Below are positions 56,301-64,000 of a stretch of 64,000 bases of DNA, in pieces (position 1 is the first letter of the stretch; every line of letters begins with the position of its first letter). This DNA is from Picochlorum sp. SENEW3. Lineage: Eukaryota. Position numbers and translations under genes: made by a program. The notes beneath the pieces are model-generated. The model saw only the letters and a program-made list of their open reading frames with translations. It was not told where the DNA came from and did no database searches. Location: positions 558,001-622,000 of the forward strand of contig CP120456.1 in assembly GCA_034226945.1 (NCBI GenBank), written 5' to 3'.

Positions 56301-57780
56301 TAAATGTCAGGGCAGTTCGATGGCGGGCCCAGTCCTCTTGGACTTTCGAGACCTTTTCGAGGTTGGTATGGGGTATGTCCTACTGACGCGAAAGACCTCC
56401 AGGGACCAACTTGCATTAACTTGCTGCCCCACCCCAGAGCAACTTCAGGTGTTATCAACGTACTCTCCCCCATCTGGGTGCGAGCTCCGTAACGAGGCCA
56501 AAAAGGAGCCTAAAACCAAAGGAAACAAACATAGCCATGTTCACAGCCAAGCACAGAAACTTCTTGCTATAGACAGGTCTGCAAATACCTTTATGGACAA
56601 ACCCCACACCCGTGTTGAGACCGGACAACAATGGTTGAATCCTATTCCAACCACCGTGACGTCCATTATAAATGCCAACGACTGGATATCCAACTTTGCC
56701 AACCCAGTGTACGAAAGCACCAGGGATTTTCTTCAGCATATCCCCACTGCATCCATGAAAAAGCTGGTCGATCGAAAGCAAGCGCTGGAGATGAACACGA
56801 TGGAATGGCTTTATAACGAAGAAATTGATTTCTATGCAAAGTATATCAAATGGAGGTTGGAAAAAAACAGCAGCTGGTGTCACATTCTTGAGACAGAAAG
56901 TTACCTGCTCATTTTCCGCAACAACGATCCCTTGGAGCACATACTCTCGGCGTGGAAAAATATAGATTCATCAGCAAAGTTTATATGCGCATTCACTGCT
57001 CACGACTCGCATTATTCCTTGCTAATCCTGGGGAATTTTTCATCTGATTCTGGCTCCCCATATGCCTTTTACTTGGACTCTCTACCTGCGTCCATGGCTT
57101 CGGTGGAACACCGGGTGAGCCCATCCATTCTTGGACAATTCATCGACGCCTGCCCATGGAGGACGAGTCCTTTGGATGCCCCAGTACAGATTGAATGTTT
57201 GTCAGTGCCCCAACAGAAGCTGTCAGATGGTAACTGTGGACCCTACGTACTCTTATTTTTCCAGAGATTTCTTCACATGCTGTCAAAACTCGACAGCCCA
57301 CCGTCACAGGAAATCCTCAGAGAAGAAATTCTGTCGTGGAGAACGTTGCACCATTCCCCAGCACCATACTCAGAGTACGCCGTGGCTTTGCGTCATAATT
57401 ACGCAAAACTTTTAGACCAGTGTGCTTTATTACAAGGTTCAGAATACTAAGCTCTACTTCAGAACCCGTTCTTCTGCCTCAGGCAAAAGGCCAAAGTTGC
57501 AAGGCCAAAAAAACTTGCCAGGCAATTGCCTTGTTGCAACACTGCACTACCACTAGTAGGCTACTTAGGCTACATCAATACAGATCTGTGTTCAATTTCT
57601 ATTACATTTGTTACCACAGATTTCTGTAATTTACAATGTAAATGCCCCTCCCACCGTCGATACAAGTTCTCCCTGTCCTTTTTATTACAGACCATCCTGT
57701 CTAAATTTGGATTTACACCTTTGCTTACAATCACTAATCGCCGACTCTCACTTTCGGCCCTCCACTACTTGTTTTTTTTA
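50400..57780 (+). mobile_element. Helitron-like rolling-circle transposon (Helitron2/Helentron-type Rep); ends approximate
   Basis: Encodes an HUH Rep and a Pif1 helicase. Occupies about 7.5 kb between two divergent host genes where spacers are otherwise a few hundred bp. Confidence 0.85.
51063..57450 (+). CDS. RepHel transposase (Zn finger-HUH Rep-Pif1 helicase) fused to a Ulp1/C48 peptidase; introns 51508-51590 and 54051-54129; apparent frameshifts near 51305 and 53868
   Basis: Rep: PHYFLTLT, RYEMQGRQALHAHILLW, YYLLKYTLK. Helicase: GPAGTGKS, IIDE, GDDNQLPPV, RQ, TIHKCQG. Protease: WLYNEEIDFY, HYSLL, YLDSL, QQKLSDGNCGPYV. Confidence 0.88.
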
Positions 57781-57962
57781 TTAAATACAACTAATGTTCC
57801 AGAAAGAATTATCAACGATGATTATGGATGCCTCTGACAGATAATGCAAATGCTCATTTATTTACGGAATTTTGATGGGTCAGGTGGAGTCGGCATTATT
57901 CATTCGATTTTCCCATTATTTCAGTTTGAAACATAGATTATTGAATATCTGGTATTACGTGT

Positions 57963-59768
57963 ATGACAATGAGTGCGGAAGAGGCTCCAGTGAAAGAAAT
58001 GGCTGACATGGAGGTCCAAGAGCAGCAGGTACGTTTGTATGCGTAACGCATTTTTGGCCTCATCTAATGATTTGATTTATTGTAGGATGTTGATCCAGAG
58101 GTTGCAGCGAAGAAAAAGGCTGAGCGTGAGGCAAAGAAGGCAGCAAAGGCTGCAGAGAAGGCCAAGAAAGAAGCAGCCAAGGCTGCGGCAAAGGTGGGTG
58201 CATATGGATCGCGTTGTATTCCATTCTGACGAGATTTAATGTGATGAATATATCGATTGTAGGCTGCAGAGGCTGCGAGAAAGCTCGCTTTGACTACCCA
58301 GCCAGACCCTGAGGATCCGCTGAGGGATCAGTATGGGGATCCACCCATGGTTCAGAGTCGCGAGAGGACGGGCCGAGTCTGGACATCTGTGAGGGACCTT
58401 GATACTACTTTGTCGGATGCACAAGTCCTTGTACGAGCAAGAGTTCACGCAGTCAGAGGAAAGGGCAAGTCTGCATTTGTTGTGTTGCGTCAGCAAACAG
58501 CAACTGTGCAGGCGGTTTTGTTCGTTGATGATGAGACTGTCAGCAAACAAATGGTCAAATATGCTTGCAATATTCCCAAGGAATCTATTGTAGATGTGGG
58601 TGGTATTATCAAGGTGACGGACACGCCAGTAGAGTCCTGCTCTCAGTCTGCAGTGGAACTTCATGTGACTGAAATTCGATGCATCAGTCGTTCAGCAGCA
58701 TTGCCATTTGAGCTTGTGGACGCTTGTAGAAGCGAACAAGAAGTAAAGGAAGCAAATGAGCGTGGAGAAATATTGCCAGTTGTGTCTCAGGATACTAGAT
58801 TAGACAACAGAGTGATTGATTTGAGAACACCAGCAAATCAGGCAATTTTCAGGATCCAGAGTGCTGTGTGCCAGTTGTTCAGAGAGGCGTTGCTTTCTAA
58901 GGACTTTGTGGAGATTCATACTCCAAAAATGCTTTCAGGGGCATCTGAAGGAGGCGCTGCAGTGTTTCATGTGGATTACATGGGACGCCCTGCATGCCTT
59001 GCACAGAGTCCCCAGTTTTACAAGCAAATGGCAATCTGTGGTGATCTGACCCGGGTGTTTGAAATTGGATCTGTATTCAGAGCTGAAGATTCAAATACCC
59101 ATCGACATTTGACAGAGTTCATTGGATTGGATATGGAAATGGCTATTTTTGAAAGTTATCATGAGGTTTTGGATGTGTTGGACCATCTCTTTGTATACAT
59201 GTTCAGGGGACTTCAAAGTAGATTCTCCAAGGAATTATCGGTCATTTCGCAGCAGTACCCATTCGAGCCATTGCAATATCTCCCTGAAACGTTGCGAATC
59301 ACATTTGCCGAAGGTATTCAGATGCTCCAAGATGCAGGACATGCAGTTGATCCTCTTGAAGATCTCAACACTGAGATGGAGCGTACTCTGGGTCGTTTAG
59401 TGAAGGAAAAGTATAATACAGACTTTTACATTTTGCATAAATTCCCATTGGGTATTCGTCCATTCTATACTATGCCTGATCCAGAGGATGATAGATATTC
59501 TGCCTCATTTGATGTGTTCATTAGGGGCGAGGAAATCATCTCCGGAGCACAGAGAATTCACGATGCCGATCTGCTCAGGGAACGGGCAGAAAAGTACGGT
59601 ATTCCTATCGATCAGGTACAGTCTTATCTTGATGCATTCAAATGTGGAGCATATCCTCACGGAGGCGCTGGTGTTGGCCTCGAACGAGTTGTCATGCTCT
59701 TCTGTGGCCTGAATAATATTAGGAAAACGTCCATGTTCCCAAGAGATCCAAGACGTCTTGCCCCATAA
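57963..59768 (+). CDS. DARS: Cytosolic aspartyl-tRNA synthetase; introns 58029-58085 and 58194-58262
   Basis: OB-fold anticodon domain; TRLDNRVIDLR, SEGGAAVF, LAQSPQ, FRAEDSNTHRH, GLER and FPRDPRRLAP. Confidence 0.97.
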
Positions 59769-59814
59769 TTTACAAATGACTGTAATGTGTGCATACGAGT
59801 TTGGTGAAAGAGAA

Positions 59815-61110
59815 TTACTTCTGGAAAAATGAGCTGATATCTTTTGTAGAAGAGATTGTACGTTTCCTTTTGGTTGTCTTTGTATTCCGCTGCATGAATG
59901 GGTTTTGATACACAAAATCCCACCCGCCTTTTCCATCCGGGCCCTTTTTAATGAATTTTGCGCTATCGTCCAATCCAGTGGTTGCGAATTCAGAGTTTCC
60001 GATGAAGGATGGCCCAGGGGCTGCTTTCAGTCCCATTTTGCTTGGACCTGCTTTTGACAATACTGCTGGTTTGACATGGTGTGTATTTGAAACCGACAAA
60101 ATATGCCTCGGTACTGAATCATTTCTCTCCCTGTTTGCCGCTGCATCGGGTTCGTCGTCGTCAGAGATAATCACCAGATCAATCTCATTGTCAGGTTTGC
60201 TTTCTTTGCCAGATGGAGCTCCTTGATCTTGCAAGATCTCAGTCTCCCAGATAGGAGCCTCTGCATCTAGGTCATCAAACCTGAGGTTCCCCCTAGAAAT
60301 ATCTAACTTTTCAATGGGACTAGTCTTCTGCCGAGGCACTCCGCCATGATCCCATGATGAATTCTTCTGAGCCTTCTCCTGCTGCAATAAGCCAACCTCT
60401 CTCTGTAGAAGAGCCTTGTCCTTCTCAGTTTGCTCCAATCTTTTGGTCAAATTCATAAGCATTTTATTTCGCTTATCCAGCAACTCCTGGAACCAGACGG
60501 GAGACTTCATCGATGGATCCACGATATTCTTCAGTTGTCGAGTGAGACTGGCCCCATGAAGCTGAGTATCGAACACAATTCTTTGCTTTGCTGATAGCGT
60601 TCTTTCTTGCTCTAGACTAACTTTTAGATTAGCAATTTTATTTTTCAAAGCAGCCTCGTTTGATTTGGCTTTCCGTGTTGCTTCTCGTGCTGCAGAGAGC
60701 TCACTAGTCTTCTCCTCCAAATCAGTTTCAAGTGCTTCTACTTGTTCCAGCAAATCATCACCCCTCTTCTGCAAGTACCGCAAGTCACGCTTCGTCGACG
60801 AAATAGTATGCCGTTCTCTACTTAACTGTGCCTCTAAATTTCTAATTCTATCCCGTAATTTACGTGATTGCTGCTCATCCAACTCCTCAACATCTTCAGC
60901 ATCCTCTAGAGTCTCCAATGTGAAGAACAATCTCCTCTCGTCCCCAGTTTGATACGTATCTCTACATATTGGGCATTGCACACCACCTCTCCCGTGTCTC
61001 TTCATCGTACTGAGGCATGCCTCATGCAACACATGTCCACAGTACAGAGACATCCAAGGAAGCTCCTCTTCATCGGCAGTCTTCAGACAAATCGGACACT
61101 GCATCGACAT
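59815..61110 (-). CDS. RING finger plus coiled-coil E3 ligase, TRAIP-like
   Basis: N-terminal CPIC...CGHVLHEAC...CPICR, long coiled coil, GPDGKGG and a terminal PIP-like TKDISSFF. Confidence 0.7.
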   Translation of the reverse strand: MSMQCPICLKTADEEELPWMSLYCGHVLHEACLSTMKRHGRGGVQCPICRDTYQTGDERRLFFTLETLEDAEDVEELDEQQSRKLRDRIRNLEAQLSRERHTISSTKRDLRYLQKRGDDLLEQVEALETDLEEKTSELSAAREATRKAKSNEAALKNKIANLKVSLEQERTLSAKQRIVFDTQLHGASLTRQLKNIVDPSMKSPVWFQELLDKRNKMLMNLTKRLEQTEKDKALLQREVGLLQQEKAQKNSSWDHGGVPRQKTSPIEKLDISRGNLRFDDLDAEAPIWETEILQDQGAPSGKESKPDNEIDLVIISDDDEPDAAANRERNDSVPRHILSVSNTHHVKPAVLSKAGPSKMGLKAAPGPSFIGNSEFATTGLDDSAKFIKKGPDGKGGWDFVYQNPFMQRNTKTTKRKRTISSTKDISSFFQK

Positions 61111-61626
61111 ACTGAATAATTTCTACCGTATATCAATCTCCTACCGGTCCATTGACTGAGAATATTTGGAATGAAACTTGTGAAACGTGCCCTGCACTCG
61201 AGCAAATTTGCACAAACTTCCTCGACACGAAAGGGCTCAGTTCCGCATTCTGCCCCTTGAACTAAAGAAGCATCATGGATAGTAACGCATTCTTTCGGAT
61301 TTAAATTGAACGCGAATACCTGAGATTCTCGGTTGAAAATTCGGTAACAACGGCATTTCTCCTTAATAAGATCTGTTTTTGATGAGATGCCACCGCTACG
61401 CGAGAATCTCCTTTAGGAGATGGCATTGATAAGCCCAATGGTGTATCAATTAATGAAAAGTATCTAGATTCAGATCAGATCGTGCGGTTTCCGAGGACTC
61501 TTCTTCCAGTGCATCGCTTGGAGACCAAGCGATGTGCTCATAGGCGAGCATGATTCCATCATCATTGTTGAGAGATTTATCAGAAGGGTGGAATATTTAG
61601 GATTCTATAGTGAGTGAGCAAGTAGG

Positions 61627-62592
61627 ATGTCTATTAAACGAGAGAAGAGGAAGGATGAGGCATTTGCAGCTGCTGTGTCAGGGGCCATTTCAGGGGCAAT
61701 TTCGAGGTTTGTGGTGGGTCCTCTGGATGTGATGAAAATCCGTTTTCAAGTCCAATTAGAGCCTATCAAGGATTCTATTGCTCGATCTGGGGAACATGTG
61801 CTTCATAGTAAGTATACATCTCTTCGACAGGCTGTGGCCACTGTTGTCAAGGAGGAGGGTATTCAAGGTCTATGGAGGGGCACTGTTCCGGGACAACTGC
61901 TGGCGATTCCGTACACTGCTGTGCAATTTGTAGCTTTGGAGCAGGCAAAAATATTTGCTGATAGATTGGGGTTGAGGAACCATCCATTGGAGCCATTTTG
62001 CAGCGGTGCTGTTGCTGGGGCTGCTGGGACAGTGGCAAGCTATCCATTTGATCTCTTGCGGACAACGTTGGCAGCACAAGGAGAGCCAAAAGTTTATAAT
62101 GGAATGATAGAGGCTGTAAGAGGAATTTATAGGGAGACTGGAGTTAAAGGCTTGTACCGAGGGGTAGGTGTTACTGTGCTTGAAATCATGCCATATGCAG
62201 CATTACAGTTTGGCTTGTACGACGCCTTCTTGAAAATTGTGAACAATTATGAGGATAATGCGTCCAAATCAATGCCGATGAAGAACTTTGTGTGTGGCCT
62301 TGCGGCAGGGACACTTGCCAAGCTGGGCACACATCCATTAGATGTAGCAAAGAAGAGATTCCAGGTTGCAGGACTGGCTAGATCGATGTCGTATGGAAAA
62401 AGAGTTCCAATCACTGCTTCGAAGTCATTATTAGCATGCATGAGCGATATTGCGCGAAATGAAGGATTCGCTGGGTTTTACAAAGGTGCTCTACCAAGTG
62501 TATTGAAAGCTGCACCAGCCGCAGCCATCACATTGGCATGCTACGATGTGATCTACGCGTCGCTAATACATGGTAATTCCATAAAGAAATGA
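61627..62592 (+). CDS. Mitochondrial thiamine diphosphate carrier (SLC25A19/TPC1-like)
   Basis: PLDVMKIRFQVQLEP, YPFDLLRT.LA.QGEPKVY and HPLDVAKKRFQ carrier repeats. Confidence 0.88.
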   Translation: MSIKREKRKDEAFAAAVSGAISGAISRFVVGPLDVMKIRFQVQLEPIKDSIARSGEHVLHSKYTSLRQAVATVVKEEGIQGLWRGTVPGQLLAIPYTAVQFVALEQAKIFADRLGLRNHPLEPFCSGAVAGAAGTVASYPFDLLRTTLAAQGEPKVYNGMIEAVRGIYRETGVKGLYRGVGVTVLEIMPYAALQFGLYDAFLKIVNNYEDNASKSMPMKNFVCGLAAGTLAKLGTHPLDVAKKRFQVAGLARSMSYGKRVPITASKSLLACMSDIARNEGFAGFYKGALPSVLKAAPAAAITLACYDVIYASLIHGNSIKK

Positions 62593-62603
62593 TTCTTTAT
62601 TAT

Positions 62604-63773
62604 TTAAATATTTCCCTCTCGCATGATTTTCGACACTATTCTGATGTGTTCTTCATCAAGTGATAAAGTTCTGGTTTTACTCAATTTCTCGTAATCAGGA
62701 TCCCCATTATCATGGAACACTCTTTTTATATTGTTCCACTTGTCATGCATGTCGCGATTTGTAAAAGATATGATATCCGTTTTCAACTTTCGATCTTTAG
62801 GTTCGAAGTGTGGATCTTTAAGAGGGAAAAGCCCTGCATATTTTTTTGAAGCCTTCTCCATAAGATCTTTCCATGGGTTTTTGTTCATGTAAGTTTGCTC
62901 CAAAAGCTTAATCATTGCGTCTGTTCGTTCTTTTGTCCATTTCACAGCACGTCGCTTTGAACCAGTGACAGGAGTTTTCATCTCCTCGTGCACCCTCTTC
63001 ACACCAGACTTTTGGGTGCTATCAGGTGCTGGCAATATTTGATAATGGACACCATCAACATCCTCTCCTTGGAAAATTCTTTGCATTTTCCTAATGCTTT
63101 CATCATCAGAGAATTTAAGATGTGAGAAGGATCCCTGTGCGGCTCTGGCTTTGGATTCATGAATCATTGAGTCTTGAACTTTCTTGTCATTTGAGGCCTG
63201 TATCACAACCTTTGTCGTCAAATGATACTCATTGTCGATAACAAAGTCAAAGCTACTCAAAAAGTTTTCAAACATATGCGGTCCCTCTTCCGTCAGCTCT
63301 ACTTGTTTTCCTTGGCTTTGGACCCAAACCAACTGATACTTGTCAATCTGTGAAAAAACGCCCTTTTTCAAACTTTCCCTGAATATTCGCCTTTTCAAAT
63401 ATTTGACAGATTCATACATAGGGACAGACACTTGCATGGGACTCATTATCAGTGGTACATCCACGATGAATTTGATCAACGCGCCAATTCCTGAGCCTAT
63501 CTTGAAAATGGCATCATCTGTGTTCATCTGCTGGACAACTACATCCAGCTCTTGGGGATCCAGATGAGTCGCGAGAAGAGCAATCTCACTTTTACCTATC
63601 GCATCATTTGACACCTCTTCTTCATTCTCCTCCACTTCTGAGTCGGATATTATTACATCCTGAGGCCGCTCCTCCTGCTCCAGCTCTTGTTCCTCCTGCT
63701 GCTCTTCCACCACGCCATCCTCCTCCTCGTTTATTTCTACTTCCTCTTGACTGTGTGCACTCTCCTCAACCAT
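62604..63773 (-). CDS. Myb/SANT (telobox-like) protein with a possible ubiquitin-like domain
   Basis: RRAVKWTKERTDAMIK...W...TNRDMHDKWNNI; central IKFIVDVP...VPMYESVKYLKRRI; acidic N-terminus. Confidence 0.55.
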   Translation of the reverse strand: MVEESAHSQEEVEINEEEDGVVEEQQEEQELEQEERPQDVIISDSEVEENEEEVSNDAIGKSEIALLATHLDPQELDVVVQQMNTDDAIFKIGSGIGALIKFIVDVPLIMSPMQVSVPMYESVKYLKRRIFRESLKKGVFSQIDKYQLVWVQSQGKQVELTEEGPHMFENFLSSFDFVIDNEYHLTTKVVIQASNDKKVQDSMIHESKARAAQGSFSHLKFSDDESIRKMQRIFQGEDVDGVHYQILPAPDSTQKSGVKRVHEEMKTPVTGSKRRAVKWTKERTDAMIKLLEQTYMNKNPWKDLMEKASKKYAGLFPLKDPHFEPKDRKLKTDIISFTNRDMHDKWNNIKRVFHDNGDPDYEKLSKTRTLSLDEEHIRIVSKIMREGNI

Positions 63774-64000
63774 TAGTTTAGAATAACGAAAGGCAGTCAA
63801 CCCTGAATCAGTATTCACGAATACCTACTTGCTCACGTTCACTAGGAACAGTCGTAAAGTCTGCCAACAACACACCACTATATCAACAAACGCACCGTCT
63901 AGTCACTATTTTAAGAATTTTAATGATAATTAGCCCTCAGTGTGAGCCTGTCACGCACTTCTACAGAATAGTGAGAAGTGCCAATTTTCAAATTCGAGAG

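Noticed and set aside
54121..57450. Host PIF1 helicase or Replitron
   Set aside because: The helicase is spliced to an HUH Rep, so it is not a stand-alone PIF1, and Replitrons lack a helicase.
50286..57762. 8-bp inverted match GAGGGCCG (50286) / CGGCCCTC (57755) as Helitron2 asymmetric terminal repeats
   Set aside because: About one 8-bp match is expected by chance between two flanks of this size. No hairpin follows the right copy, and the left copy is only 23 bp from a host ATG.
61110..61627. TPP riboswitch upstream of the thiamine diphosphate carrier
   Set aside because: CTGAGA and CCCTTGAAC fragments are present, but not with the order, spacing or stems of the aptamer, and the downstream conserved segment is missing.
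1..64000. CRISPR array, tRNA/rRNA genes, Fanzor/TnpB, retroelement
   Set aside because: I saw no regularly spaced direct repeats, cloverleafs, RuvC-type motifs or reverse transcriptase motifs.

Overview
Gene-dense eukaryotic nuclear DNA from a green alga with a compact genome. It carries a nuclear rbcS, short GT-AG introns with CTRAY-like branch points and very short intergenic spacers; Picochlorum-like Trebouxiophyceae is my inference. About 30 mostly housekeeping genes are recognisable: rbcS, ACHT thioredoxin, amino-acid permease, CW-SET methyltransferase, ALMT, CD2BP2/LIN1-like, CLC, DGK, RCL1, SHMT, MCM10, REV7, RMA/RNF5, SirB, FANCM, RAD50, FtsHi, RRP12, LTO1, AspRS, TRAIP-like and a mitochondrial ThDP carrier. 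Main highlights: (1) a ~7 kb intron-containing Helitron-like element (Helitron2/Helentron-type Rep) whose Rep-Pif1 helicase is fused to a C-terminal Ulp1/C48 protease, lying between two divergent host genes; (2) a box C/D snoRNA inside the RRP12 intron with a guide complementary to 18S rRNA; (3) a palindrome-packed, GTAC-rich divergent promoter between rbcS and a His/Met-rich secreted protein; (4) an island of orphan, PB1-like and decayed genes at 39-44.5 kb. All calls come from reading the sequence and recognising motifs. No database searches were run.
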